Shown: positions 20,634 to 29,911, counted from the first letter of the stretch. The stretch: DNA of 58,448 nt from a virus (IMGVR_UViG_3300020045_008024:1-58448); one strand, 5' to 3'. Made by a program: numbers and translations. The notes: generated by a model from the sequence alone, not told the origin.

Positions 20634-20760
20634 CCAGATCTGCCGTCCGCACGTCGCTGTTATAGCGCCTGTTGTACTCGACGCAAGTCGTTTCCATCAG
20701 ACGGTTGTCTGGGGCGTTCGGGTATTTTTCCCGCATTTCGTCCCAGAGATTACAAAGCAT
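20602..20760 (-). CDS. Small hypothetical protein (52 aa, not in ORF track)
   Basis: Manual translation MLCNLWDEMREKYPNAPDNRLMET...; fills the gap between neighbours. Confidence 0.5.
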   Translation of the reverse strand: MLCNLWDEMREKYPNAPDNRLMETTCVEYNRRYNSDVRTADLVEALERRSDQ

Positions 20761-20764
20761 GATC

Positions 20765-21082
20765 TCACCGCGTTTCATTGATCTTCTCCAATATTCGTTT
20801 GATTTCCCTTATTTCCTGCACCCCGCTGAAGATAGCCGAGGTTCCCCCTGAATAGTTGTTAGAAAGAGCCTCCACTGCGCTTTTCACCCCCTTGATTTCG
20901 GCCGTGATGTTCCACGAATTACTTTGCGTCATTCGCACGTCAGCACAGGTGTCGTGGAGCTGGTCAGCGATGCGCTTCATTGAGACTGCGATTGATAGAA
21001 TTGCAGTCTGCATGTCCACCGGGGCCAAGCCGGGCTCGATACGCTCTAGCGTGGCCTCAAGGTTTAATGGGTGGGGTTCCAT
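20765..21082 (-). CDS. Hypothetical coiled-coil protein
   Basis: 105 aa; SIAVSMKRIADQL. Confidence 0.65.
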   Translation of the reverse strand: MEPHPLNLEATLERIEPGLAPVDMQTAILSIAVSMKRIADQLHDTCADVRMTQSNSWNITAEIKGVKSAVEALSNNYSGGTSAIFSGVQEIREIKRILEKINETR

Positions 21083-21090
21083 GTTACCTC

Positions 21091-22674
21091 CTAGGTAATA
21101 GGGTTCTGGTTGGTGGCGTCGGCAAACATCCCGAGGAATGCGTCCTGCACCTGCTGGTTACTCTGCAGTAGCTTGTAGATTTTCTTCTCAACCGGGGTCG
21201 CCTGCAGATGAAGAACGAGCTGCTTATGTTTCTGGCCGACACGCCGGATGCGAGCGTTGGCCTGCTCGTAGATTTCCAGCGAGGTGACAGGGGCGTACCA
21301 TACGATGGTGTTGGCCGTCGTCAAGGTGATGCCGTGAGCGAGGCACTGCGGGTGCGCCAGAAGGACTTTATATTTGTCCGTGTTCTGGAACAGGTTGAAC
21401 ACCTCTGACCGTTCATTGATCGGGGTGTTGCCGGACACGACAGCGTGCTCGATACCTTCGGCGGTAAGTGCGGCCGATATACCATCCAGCGCATGGATGA
21501 ATGGCACGAAAACAAGCACCTTCTGCTCTGCCGCGTCGATAGTCTCGACCAGCGCGGCAACGCGGTCCTCGCCGTCCAGCGCCACAGTGTTGCGCTCCTT
21601 GTCATATACCCATCCAGTGGCGACCTGAAGCAGCTTCATCATGACGGCACCAGCATTCGCGGCGGTGATCTCGCTTGACCCCACAGCAGCAAAGCATGCC
21701 GATGTGAGTGCGCGATACACCTTGAGCTGCTTGACGCCCATCGGGATGTCGCGGGTCTGCACCACGAGTTCGGGCAGCTCCTGCACGTCGTCCATGGTGA
21801 ACCGAACGGCCGGCTGCATGACAGAGTATGCAGTCTCGACGGCGTCTTTCTTCGGCATGAACTTGAACTGGTTGATGCGCACCATGACCTTATCACGGAA
21901 CGCATTGAAGTGGCGCGGAACTGTCGCCGGGGTAAGGATCTGGCACTGTGACCACACATCAGTTGGTGAGCGCGGCATCGGGCTTCCGGTCATCCCCCAT
22001 GCCCATTCCATCGTTGCAGCAAGGGCCTTCATGGCCTTCGTCCGCAAGCTCTTACCGTTGCGGTAAACAGCAAGCTCGTCGATGATCAACGTGTCGATGA
22101 TGCCGGCCTTGACCAGCGCGTTGATCTCCGGCTGCAGTAGCTTGGCCCCGTCATGGTTCATGATGTAGATATCAGCATCGGGGTTGTTCAGCTGCTCTAC
22201 TCTCTTGAGCCTCGAACTGTTGTGCACCACGATGCCCCGACGGTGTGGCAGGGTGTTGAACACCTCGCGCAGCCATGTGAACTTCAGGGTGGACAACGGT
22301 GCAATGACCAGCAGCTTTCGCGCCAGCCCCTGCGAATAGAGATAGTCCCATGACCACAAGGCAGATGAGGTCTTGCCGGTCCCCATGGAGTTGAGGACAT
22401 AGGCGCGCTTGTTCATGGTCAACAAGCCGGCAGTCTGGCGCTGTGCATCGAACGGCTTGAACGCGCCCGGCCATTCATAGTGGGTCAGGATCGGTGCCGG
22501 CACAGTGAAGCCCATCGTCCGCAGGATGAAGCACTCTGCCGGGTGATGCGGTACGAGGTGGAATTCCTTACCTTTCAAGGTAACGAGCTTGGCGTCGGGG
22601 AACATGTTCCCGATAGTCGTGTCTTTAGGCACTACGAGCATTTTGTGCGCAGCGCTCACAAACAATTCAGTCAT
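21091..22674 (-). CDS. SNF2-like superfamily 2 helicase
   Basis: MGTGKT, IIDE, MTGSP, HGITLT and QANARIRRVGQ motifs; start placed at MTELF. Confidence 0.9.
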   Translation of the reverse strand: MTELFVSAAHKMLVVPKDTTIGNMFPDAKLVTLKGKEFHLVPHHPAECFILRTMGFTVPAPILTHYEWPGAFKPFDAQRQTAGLLTMNKRAYVLNSMGTGKTSSALWSWDYLYSQGLARKLLVIAPLSTLKFTWLREVFNTLPHRRGIVVHNSSRLKRVEQLNNPDADIYIMNHDGAKLLQPEINALVKAGIIDTLIIDELAVYRNGKSLRTKAMKALAATMEWAWGMTGSPMPRSPTDVWSQCQILTPATVPRHFNAFRDKVMVRINQFKFMPKKDAVETAYSVMQPAVRFTMDDVQELPELVVQTRDIPMGVKQLKVYRALTSACFAAVGSSEITAANAGAVMMKLLQVATGWVYDKERNTVALDGEDRVAALVETIDAAEQKVLVFVPFIHALDGISAALTAEGIEHAVVSGNTPINERSEVFNLFQNTDKYKVLLAHPQCLAHGITLTTANTIVWYAPVTSLEIYEQANARIRRVGQKHKQLVLHLQATPVEKKIYKLLQSNQQVQDAFLGMFADATNQNPIT

Positions 22675-22873
22675 TGTACCAATCTCCACCTTTTGCTAGG
22701 GGTAGTCTTGCTTTACTTTGCCTCTCCCTAACTTGGTCTATCGACAAAGGCTCAAGGGACATAGCGTCTAGGCGGTTTCTATGGGGGTCTATACCTTCTG
22801 CATAGTAGCCAAACACCCCTACGTATACCATCCCCATCAGCTTGGCGCGCAGCTTGTGTTCTTCACGTGTCAT
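22667..22873 (-). CDS. RAxLMG/DAxTLEP family small protein
   Basis: MTREEHKLRAKLMGMVY...RLDAMSLEPL. Confidence 0.8.
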   Translation of the reverse strand: MTREEHKLRAKLMGMVYVGVFGYYAEGIDPHRNRLDAMSLEPLSIDQVRERQSKARLPLAKGGDWYND

Positions 22874-23048
22874 CTATTTCCTCGCAGATCCACGTCGTTT
22901 CTGTCTCGACCTGCACAGTTGAGGTCCGGCCGCACTCGTCACATTCGAGTAATGTCATGGTGTAGTAGAACTTGTCATCAGCAGTGAACTGCCGGCCGCA
23001 GCCAAAGTACGGGCATTTTGGGCCTTCCTTCGAATAGCTCTCAGACAT
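22863..23048 (-). CDS. Small zinc-ribbon protein
   Basis: CPYFGC...CDECG; start at MSESY. Confidence 0.65.
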   Translation of the reverse strand: MSESYSKEGPKCPYFGCGRQFTADDKFYYTMTLLECDECGRTSTVQVETETTWICEEIDDT

Positions 23049-23367
23049 TGCGCCACTCCCCTTTGACCATAAGCATGAGAACTGTGCGCAGCTGGTCGAC
23101 CGTTGTTGTCTGGTCGGTGCCGTCGATGACAAACGCGGCTCCGCCGGATTTCGTCACCCGCCGGATGCGCTCCACCTGACGGGGTGTTGGCTTTTTGCCG
23201 GGGGCCTTTGTCTCGATGCTGATAAAGTACCCACCAGCACTGCCGACCCAATCGAGGTGGCTTTCACCATAGCCGGACGGCACAGGCCAGAAGCCGTCTA
23301 CTTCGTCACCGAAGCTTGCGAGCACCTTGTTGACACTCGCCTTCACTTTACTTTCCGGGGTGGCCAT
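23041..23367 (-). CDS. VRR-NUC domain nuclease (resolvase-like)
   Basis: PESKVK...LDWV...IETKAPGKKPTPRQ...GGAAFVID. Confidence 0.85.
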   Translation of the reverse strand: MATPESKVKASVNKVLASFGDEVDGFWPVPSGYGESHLDWVGSAGGYFISIETKAPGKKPTPRQVERIRRVTKSGGAAFVIDGTDQTTTVDQLRTVLMLMVKGEWRNV

Positions 23368-23640
23368 CTATTTTCCTAACAACATGAGGGTTGCTTTCAT
23401 TCGGTCTGACGGGAATTCGTTGATGCTCTCCCTCATTGTAGCACCATCTCCCAGATCGAACACCACATACCAGTCCTCGAACTTGCTACCCTCTAGGTTA
23501 ACATCGAAGCATCTTATCCACTTCGGGTTACCACCAGTGATTTCTTTCACCAGCTGCTCTACAAGGCCGGCCGACATGTTGCGCTTGGAGCGCAGTGCGC
23601 CAGCTTCCATTTCCCGCTTGGTTCTCTCCGATAATTCCAT
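23368..23640 (-). CDS. Small protein with C-terminal FPSD...LMLL motif
   Basis: Ends NEFPSDRMKATLMLLGK. Confidence 0.7.
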   Translation of the reverse strand: MELSERTKREMEAGALRSKRNMSAGLVEQLVKEITGGNPKWIRCFDVNLEGSKFEDWYVVFDLGDGATMRESINEFPSDRMKATLMLLGK

Positions 23641-23657
23641 GGTCTTACCTTTCGAGG

Positions 23658-23909
23658 TTACCTCAGCAGTCTTATGCTAGCGTCCACCCCGGGGTCTAGC
23701 GTGAACCCCCACGGATCGTCTTCTGCCGGGAATAGTTGTGTCATTCCTACATACTGATGTGCTTTATCAGAAAGAACGACTACCCTTATCAGAAAAACCA
23801 TAGGGTCTGGCTGGTAAGCCACTTCAACCGCAAACCCTATCCCGGGAAACTTGGTTCGCAGCACCATTGAAACAACCTGCCGCAGTAGGACTCCGTTACC
23901 CGACGCCAT
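23658..23909 (-). CDS. Small protein ending ...ASIRLLR
   Basis: 83 aa; stop codon lies inside the palindrome at 23645. Confidence 0.6.
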   Translation of the reverse strand: MASGNGVLLRQVVSMVLRTKFPGIGFAVEVAYQPDPMVFLIRVVVLSDKAHQYVGMTQLFPAEDDPWGFTLDPGVDASIRLLR

Positions 23910-24585
23910 GGTGTTTACATTCCTTCACGATGCAGTGCTTGCGGCACAGGCCAGATGGCTTGGGTGGGAAGTTCATGGTGAGGTGTGCCTGCTCAAGTGT
24001 CATCACATCCGGCAGCACCCGCGCCCACGTCTCTTTGCGCTTGCTGCGGTAGAAGTCCCCGCGTGTTGCAGCATCGTCCTTCAGCCACCAGAATTCGGAG
24101 CGAACGGCATCGACCTGCGGGTAGTGGGCGAACACGCATTCAGCGATTAGCGCGAGCTGCTGGCTGTCCTCGATAATCTTGCCGGTCTTGTAGTCGATGG
24201 CCAGTGCCACCCGGCCGTCGATGCGCAGGTAATCAGCTATGGACCGGAACCATGTGTCTTTTGCAAACCAGTCGCATGCTGTCAGATCTTTGCGGATGGC
24301 GAGCTGCTGCTCAACGAGGATCTTGCCAGAGGCATTGACAAGGTTTTCAACCATCGGCTCGAAGTACTCCATCCCCTTGGGGAATGGTGTGCCATCTCGA
24401 ACTCGCTTCTCGAACGCCGTGTGCACCTGCTTGCCCCACTGCAGATGCTCGCCAGTGAAGTCCTCTTGGTATTTCTTCTCGTGGTCGATTTTCTGGTATC
24501 GAAAGCCACATGTCTTGAAGTTCTTCAGCTTGGAGTAAGACCAAGAGAATGCCTTCTGGTTCTTGCCGTTTGTATAAGTGACCAT
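23896..24585 (-). CDS. PD-(D/E)xK Cas4/RecB-like exonuclease
   Basis: WSYSKL..C, G...H, E, IADY, IDYKTGK, QL and C-terminal PSGLCRKHC..C cluster. Confidence 0.85.
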   Translation of the reverse strand: MVTYTNGKNQKAFSWSYSKLKNFKTCGFRYQKIDHEKKYQEDFTGEHLQWGKQVHTAFEKRVRDGTPFPKGMEYFEPMVENLVNASGKILVEQQLAIRKDLTACDWFAKDTWFRSIADYLRIDGRVALAIDYKTGKIIEDSQQLALIAECVFAHYPQVDAVRSEFWWLKDDAATRGDFYRSKRKETWARVLPDVMTLEQAHLTMNFPPKPSGLCRKHCIVKECKHHGVG

Positions 24586-24606
24586 GTCGTTACCTTGCGA
24601 AGTAAA

Positions 24607-24993
24607 TTACTTGAGGAGCCGCAGCTGTGTGACGAGGGCGTCAGACGGGAACAGCTCGTTGTCGTCTTCCAGTGTTACCGGCTGCCCCTTCGACACGACA
24701 AACACAAATGTCGTTCTCGGGCCTGCATGGGCGGCAATGAAGTCGAACAGCTGCACACCGACTGGAACTCGCAGCCGCATCCCGATCATCTCAAGCAGCT
24801 CGCGGCTTTTGTTTTCGTGCGCCATTGGCAAACTCCACCTAGGGCGGGCCGTGCTAACTGACCTGGATAACAACGGATCACTGCCGACACCAGAAAGAAA
24901 TCCGAGGTCGTCGAGATTATTCTTGTGCTGGCTTTCGAAGTATTTTTGGGCCGCTGCAAGGCCAGATGTGTTCTTACCGCCAGACAATGGCAT
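24607..24993 (-). CDS. Protein with C-terminal FPSD...LRLL motif
   Basis: Ends ELFPSDALVTQLRLLK. Confidence 0.7.
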   Translation of the reverse strand: MPLSGGKNTSGLAAAQKYFESQHKNNLDDLGFLSGVGSDPLLSRSVSTARPRWSLPMAHENKSRELLEMIGMRLRVPVGVQLFDFIAAHAGPRTTFVFVVSKGQPVTLEDDNELFPSDALVTQLRLLK

Positions 24994-25304
24994 CAGGCTT
25001 CTCCCATGAATTCTTTCACGCGGAAGTCAACACAATTGCGATCTTCCTCGCTGATCCAGTAGCCGACATTTGGCTTGTTCTCGATGAACAGGCCATGGGC
25101 TTCGAGCTTCGACCGCGTGCGGCTAACCGCGATCTTGATGGGGGCCTTGACCCCGGTGTAGTCCTTCAGCTCTTTTGCCGTCACGATAGAGCACCGTGAC
25201 AGGCAAGACAGGACTGCTGCCTGCGAGGGGGAGATGTCAAAGATGCGGCCGAGAACGCGCTCATGCTCCCGGTCGCGGTCTGGCAGTTTAATTTTGCTGA
25301 TCAT
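24993..25304 (-). CDS. Stand-alone OmpR/CtrA-type winged-helix DNA-binding protein
   Basis: IKIAVSRTRSKL...IENKPNVGYWI matches the recognition helix and wing pattern; own promoter upstream. Confidence 0.7.
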   Translation of the reverse strand: MISKIKLPDRDREHERVLGRIFDISPSQAAVLSCLSRCSIVTAKELKDYTGVKAPIKIAVSRTRSKLEAHGLFIENKPNVGYWISEEDRNCVDFRVKEFMGEA

Positions 25305-25337
25305 TGGTGATCTTTCTTGGTGGTGGATACCCTCTGG

Positions 25338-25366
25338 TATATACACTGTTACCAAAGGGTTGTCAA
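25338..25366 (-). promoter_or_regulatory. Sigma70-type promoter with CAAC-N7-TAAC operator
   Basis: TTGACAACCctttGGTAACagtgTATATA, 17-bp spacer. Confidence 0.8.
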
Positions 25367-25701
25367 CGACTTTCTTTGCCACCCGGCCGCCGCGCCAGCT
25401 GCAGTTCGACGGCACGATCAAGGTTCTTCGTTGCAGTCTTGAGCATCTTTGCTACTGCGTCGGCCCCTACTGCGTTGAACGACACACCACTACCAAACAT
25501 AGCCGCGACTTCGAGCTTGACGATGATAGGTGCAAACACCGATCTCCATTCGGTGCACTTATCCGATGGGCCAATGTCGAGCGGGTCATCCGGCTCCGGC
25601 GGCATTACCTTGAGGGTAACCATCGGCGGTGCCGGGCGCTTCATCGCGACATAGTAACCGACCATGACGCCGAAACCATATGCCATAAGGTCTACCATCA
25701 T
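25363..25701 (-). CDS. Hypothetical protein with N-terminal membrane anchor
   Basis: 112 aa, hydrophobic N-terminus, ATGA coupling. Confidence 0.55.
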   Translation of the reverse strand: MMVDLMAYGFGVMVGYYVAMKRPAPPMVTLKVMPPEPDDPLDIGPSDKCTEWRSVFAPIIVKLEVAAMFGSGVSFNAVGADAVAKMLKTATKNLDRAVELQLARRPGGKESR

Positions 25702-25817
25702 TGCTTGTGCCCTTTATGAATGTGGATCAGAAGCGCAAAGGCGAGAAACCATATGGCCACGCTGTTTGCACCTGCTGCGGAAGACCCGATTGCAAACCCT
25801 ATTAATGAGGCTATCAT
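25698..25817 (-). CDS. Small membrane peptide
   Basis: MIASLIGFAIG...IWFLAFALLIH; ATGA overlaps at both ends. Confidence 0.5.
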   Translation of the reverse strand: MIASLIGFAIGSSAAGANSVAIWFLAFALLIHIHKGHKQ

Positions 25818-26035
25818 GGGCGTGTGCTTTCTATAAAACTTTCCCCGAGGAGCACCATCGCTTTTGCTTCCTCTACAGTGCGGGGGAGCATGACAAACCC
25901 GTCTTGCACATACTGCCCGCCGGCTGGGTGTTGCAGCATTCTTATGGCAGCGTGCACGCTGTCCGGTGGATGTTTGGCTGCGAAGTCCAGCGCCCTGAGA
26001 ACGCTGGTTCTGGTGTACAATATGTCTTGTGTCAT
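25814..26035 (-). CDS. Hypothetical protein
   Basis: 73 aa, ATGA-coupled to the polymerase stop. Confidence 0.65.
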   Translation of the reverse strand: MTQDILYTRTSVLRALDFAAKHPPDSVHAAIRMLQHPAGGQYVQDGFVMLPRTVEEAKAMVLLGESFIESTRP

Positions 26036-27927
26036 TTTGCATCTCCGTAGTTGTCGCCGGATCCGACTTCACAGTCGAGCGGCACGTTGGGGAGCCAAGT
26101 CGGGCGAACCCGAAGCTCGTGGGTGAGGACGAAACGGACAACCTGCTCGTACTCTTTCTTCACGACAAACACGAGTTCGTCATGCACCTGCAGTGCGAGC
26201 GGAATGCCGAGCTTCGCGAGCCTGAGCTTGATGCGCACGGCGGCTTCCATGACGACAATGCGCGCCAGTGCCTGCACGATGTTTTCAAGCAGCATCCCGC
26301 CATAGCAACGCTTCGTCTTGCCGGCATACTCGAACACCCATTCGTGTCCGAACCGGCCACCCGCCACCTGCTTCAAATTGTGGTAGAACAGGCTGAGGCC
26401 GTTCGGCAGGAGAATTTCTTCCTTGCGGAACAGCACCGGCCCCCACCACCATTCATCGCCGGTAGCTAGTGCGTGGATGCCCTGCTCGCCCAACAGCTTC
26501 CATGTCTGCTTGATCTTCGCATACCTTGTGCGGTAAAGATTTACGACGCGCTTGCCTTCCTCTGACGGCATAAGGATCTTCGTGCCAAGCTGGTTGAACG
26601 ACAGCACCGGGATGCCCTTGGTGAAGTTCTCATCCCCAAGCCCGAAGCCAAGCCCGAGAATACAGGTCTTGCCGATCCACCGTTCGATCTTGTCGGCCTT
26701 GGTGATGGACCTTGAGAACAGATCGGATGCAAACGAGCAATAAACGTCGATGCCATCCTCGAACGCCTTGCGCAGGTCTTCCTGCCCACACAGCGTAGCG
26801 ACGAAGCGTGCCTCGACTTGGCTCTCGTCTCCTGCCACCACCACATGCCCGGCCGGCGCTTCCAGAGACTGGCGCAGCTTAGACCCACGCCCCATGTTCT
26901 GGACGTTGAGGCTCCACTCGCCGGACAGGCGATGTGTGTGCGCGCCAGCATACCGCAGTGGCATAGGCATAAGGGCGAGCTTACCTCCGGGGGTAAGAGG
27001 CGTTGCCGGCCAGTCAAGGTCAGCGATCTTCAGGAACCGCTCGTGTCGGCTCTCTTCAATGGTCGACTTATGCCCGAGTCTCGTGGCCACAAGCGTCGAT
27101 ATAGTCGTGCTTGGATGGTCCAATAGGTCGAGGAATGCTTCGTCCGACTTGGCGAAGGCGTAGGCTTGCTTGCCGGTGATGCCGGAAATCTTGGTCGGGG
27201 GCTCCACCCCGTTCGCCCGCAGCAGCTCTGCAAACTTGTCGTTGGACATCAGATCCTCTTTGCCGGCACCCATCGCAGAGATAAGCTGCAGCGTGCGCTC
27301 TTTCTCTTTCTGAATGCCTTCGAGGGATTGGGCCAGCACATTCCTGTTGACCCTGAATTGCGGCTGCACAGTGCAGCGGATGATAGCATCCATGATGGCA
27401 AGCTCCACCCTCGGAAACTCGCCAGACAGCACGTACCTGTCAAAGATACCGAAGCACAGATCCGCATCGTTCATGCCATACTCGACATAGCGGCGGTGCA
27501 GGTCAGGGTGCTGTTTGATTTCGGCAAGCCGCATCCCCATTACGTTGGCCAGCGCCCCTGTTTTCTTGCCTAGGCCCATATGCTTGGCAACACTGTCCAG
27601 TGACAGGGACTTGAGTTGCTTCTGCAGGATTGCGCGGGCGATGCCGAGCGTGTCACAGATCATCTTCGGCACCCAGCCATAGCGCCATACACAGATCGCT
27701 GCGTCGAACGGGGCGTTGTGCGCCACCATCATTACGTTGGTGTCCTGCTTGGCGAGGAAGCGTCCAACATCAAGCCCGTCGACCCAGAAGGATGGCTCCC
27801 GGTTGCGCTTGACCGCTAGGCCATGGCACTCGAATTCTTTATTGAGGATGTACTCAATCGGTGTCATCTTGCGCAATGAATACTGTGTCGAATAGTAGCT
27901 TTCGAAGTCCAATGTCAGAATATTCAT
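26032..27927 (-). CDS. polA: Family A DNA polymerase with 3'-5' exonuclease
   Basis: ExoI LDFES, ExoII HNAPFD, ExoIII Y..ND; motif A DESQVEAR, motif B RWIGKTCILGLGFG, motif C QVHDEL. Confidence 0.95.
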   Translation of the reverse strand: MNILTLDFESYYSTQYSLRKMTPIEYILNKEFECHGLAVKRNREPSFWVDGLDVGRFLAKQDTNVMMVAHNAPFDAAICVWRYGWVPKMICDTLGIARAILQKQLKSLSLDSVAKHMGLGKKTGALANVMGMRLAEIKQHPDLHRRYVEYGMNDADLCFGIFDRYVLSGEFPRVELAIMDAIIRCTVQPQFRVNRNVLAQSLEGIQKEKERTLQLISAMGAGKEDLMSNDKFAELLRANGVEPPTKISGITGKQAYAFAKSDEAFLDLLDHPSTTISTLVATRLGHKSTIEESRHERFLKIADLDWPATPLTPGGKLALMPMPLRYAGAHTHRLSGEWSLNVQNMGRGSKLRQSLEAPAGHVVVAGDESQVEARFVATLCGQEDLRKAFEDGIDVYCSFASDLFSRSITKADKIERWIGKTCILGLGFGLGDENFTKGIPVLSFNQLGTKILMPSEEGKRVVNLYRTRYAKIKQTWKLLGEQGIHALATGDEWWWGPVLFRKEEILLPNGLSLFYHNLKQVAGGRFGHEWVFEYAGKTKRCYGGMLLENIVQALARIVVMEAAVRIKLRLAKLGIPLALQVHDELVFVVKKEYEQVVRFVLTHELRVRPTWLPNVPLDCEVGSGDNYGDAK

Positions 27928-28028
27928 TGCGTTAGGTCCAGTCCTTGTCTATGGTGGGGCGCGGCCCTGTTGTGGGGTTGGGCTGCATGGCGGGAGGGGG
28001 CTGCGTTATGCGTGGCCCCCTCTTCCTG

Positions 28029-28775
28029 TTACATGTCCAGCCAGATGTCTTCGTCATCCATTTTGATCTTGATATCCGGCTGGTTGATGCACAGCATCGT
28101 GTCGCTTTGGTTCGGGTTCTTACCTTGCAAGGTATTCATGAGAACCTGTGAGGCGAACCAGTTGGACACATGCTTTACAATGGCGCGCTGTGCGATGGTG
28201 TACCCAACACCCGGCGGGGCGCGCTTGATGTCGCGGACCTTGTCAGCTATCTTGGAGTGGCCGGCAGACTTCAGGAGATGCACGATGGGCGGGAACGTGT
28301 GCCGCATCTGCTCATACGTCTCGCACTTTACCACGACAATAGACACAGCCTTTTTGAACAGGTGCCGGTCGACAGTATCTGCGAAGGTCTGCTGCAGTAA
28401 TGGCATGAAGTAGTCCCGGTGCTCCCAGAACTTGTCGCTGATCATGTCTGGCGCATGCCTTGGGAAAAGCATGCCGGGGTCGCTTCTCGGCGCTTGGAAC
28501 CTGAAAGGAAGTGACACCTCGCTACCTGCTTTGTTGGGCAGCAGGGGGTGGTCTGCCATTACCCTGAAGGTAACAAGCCCATGCCCGGGGTCGAGCTGTG
28601 CCGGGTTTACATTCGCCCGAACGAAGTCAACATACCGCAGCTCTTTCTCTGTCCAGAACAAGCTTAGAAACTTGTTTCTGTCGGCGTACTGCGCATGGGC
28701 GCCTGCAATAAAGTTCGAGGTAGTCTCTGATCTCTGGATGAGGTCATCGACAACTTTTGTTGTTTTAGTGGTCAT
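28029..28775 (-). CDS. Hypothetical protein (weak resemblance to Nmad5-type proteins)
   Basis: 248 aa; CETYEQMRHTFPPIVHLL segment. Confidence 0.65.
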   Translation of the reverse strand: MTTKTTKVVDDLIQRSETTSNFIAGAHAQYADRNKFLSLFWTEKELRYVDFVRANVNPAQLDPGHGLVTFRVMADHPLLPNKAGSEVSLPFRFQAPRSDPGMLFPRHAPDMISDKFWEHRDYFMPLLQQTFADTVDRHLFKKAVSIVVVKCETYEQMRHTFPPIVHLLKSAGHSKIADKVRDIKRAPPGVGYTIAQRAIVKHVSNWFASQVLMNTLQGKNPNQSDTMLCINQPDIKIKMDDEDIWLDM

Positions 28776-28917
28776 GGTAAGATCCCGTTGTTTGAGTGCG
28801 CGATGTTGGGGGTTTAGCAGGTTTCACGGTCCATGGTCTTTGCGCTACCGAACCCGCTCATTGTTGCTGACGCAAGCCCTTCTCCCCCTAGGTGCTTTGG
28901 GACTTCAGCGCAGATGG

Positions 28918-28946
28918 AGTATAGGTTACTTGCTGGTTGCCGTCAA
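28918..28946 (-). promoter_or_regulatory. Sigma70-type promoter with CAAC-N7-TAAC operator
   Basis: TTGACGgCAACCagcaAGTAACcTATACT, 17-bp spacer. Confidence 0.75.
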
Positions 28947-29189
28947 CATGGCTTCCAGACTATCGTAAGCCCTGATCTCGTAGCCCTTGCCCGGGTTGGC
29001 AATCAGGGTGTAGGGCTTTCCGATGGTTTCGAGGTGGTGCAGCACGGCACAGATCGTTGTGCCGGATGCTGAGTGGTAGGAAGGCCGGCCGTTGGCCACC
29101 ACTTCGCTGACATGCTGCAGCGCCTTATTGCGGCGCTGTGACGGGGTGATGCCCTTGTTGAGGGCGTCACTGAATTTTGTATTCGGCAT
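28926..29189 (-). CDS. Hypothetical protein
   Basis: MPNTKFSD...; GGAGAG RBS. Confidence 0.6.
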   Translation of the reverse strand: MPNTKFSDALNKGITPSQRRNKALQHVSEVVANGRPSYHSASGTTICAVLHHLETIGKPYTLIANPGKGYEIRAYDSLEAMLTATSK

Positions 29190-29355
29190 CTGCTTCTCTC
29201 CGATTGACTGCGATGGTGAGGGCTTCCGCCCATGGCTCGATCTCGGCCAGCTCATTGAGCGCCCGGTTCAATTCCTGCTGCATCTGGTCAAGATCCATGC
29301 AGTTCAGATCGTTCTTGAACTGCCGCAGTATTGCATCTTCAATTTCCTTGTGCAT
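29167..29355 (-). CDS. Small coiled-coil protein
   Basis: 62 aa; RBS overlaps the palindrome at 29360. Confidence 0.65.
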   Translation of the reverse strand: MHKEIEDAILRQFKNDLNCMDLDQMQQELNRALNELAEIEPWAEALTIAVNRREADAEYKIQ

Positions 29356-29378
29356 TTGGTTACCCTCAAGGTAAGTTG

Positions 29379-29642
29379 TTACTTGTCAGCTATTGGGGTT
29401 GGTCTTGGGCGGCTGTCATGCCCCGGGCCTTCACCCCCTGTGCCACCACACCATTCGTTCGCCCGCCCTACGAGTGTGGCTTCGCTTATGGGCTCAAGTG
29501 TTTCAGCGTCTATCGCATGCATGTGTGATAGGTGCTTACTCTCAACGTCGGCGTAGAAGCAATAGCTCCCATCCCGCCAGTCATAAACCCGCCCCATCAG
29601 AATGGCGCGGGCTCTGTGTTGTTCATGTGTCAGCTTCTGCAT
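29379..29642 (-). CDS. RAxLMG/DAxTLEP family small protein
   Basis: MQKLTHEQHRARAILMGRVYDWRDGSY...IDAETLEPI. Confidence 0.8.
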   Translation of the reverse strand: MQKLTHEQHRARAILMGRVYDWRDGSYCFYADVESKHLSHMHAIDAETLEPISEATLVGRANEWCGGTGGEGPGHDSRPRPTPIADK

Positions 29643-29895
29643 AGGGTGTTGTCCTTGGTGCGTTGCCGGGGCCATAATATATGACAAATACCTGCCAATC
29701 AGGATCTTTGTTTCTGTGCGCTACTTGCTCACCCGTCATTGGCTTTAGTGTCTGCGCATCAACTACCCACCACGTAGCTACACTACCGTCCCGAAAAGTG
29801 CCCATTGGCCGGTAATAGGTGCCATTGCGCCAGTCATACGCAAGGCCCATCAGCATCGCACGGGCCTTGTGTTGTTCATGTGTCAGCTTCTGCAT
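29623..29895 (-). CDS. RAxLMG/DAxTLEP family small protein
   Basis: MQKLTHEQHKARAMLMGLAYDWRNGTY...VDAQTLKPM. Confidence 0.8.
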   Translation of the reverse strand: MQKLTHEQHKARAMLMGLAYDWRNGTYYRPMGTFRDGSVATWWVVDAQTLKPMTGEQVAHRNKDPDWQVFVIYYGPGNAPRTTPYAEADT

Positions 29896-29911
29896 CGCTT
29901 ACCTCGTGAGG

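Noticed and set aside
23896-24585. Cas4 as part of a CRISPR-Cas system
   Set aside because: Stand-alone Cas4-like nuclease in a replication module, common in phages; no array or other cas genes.
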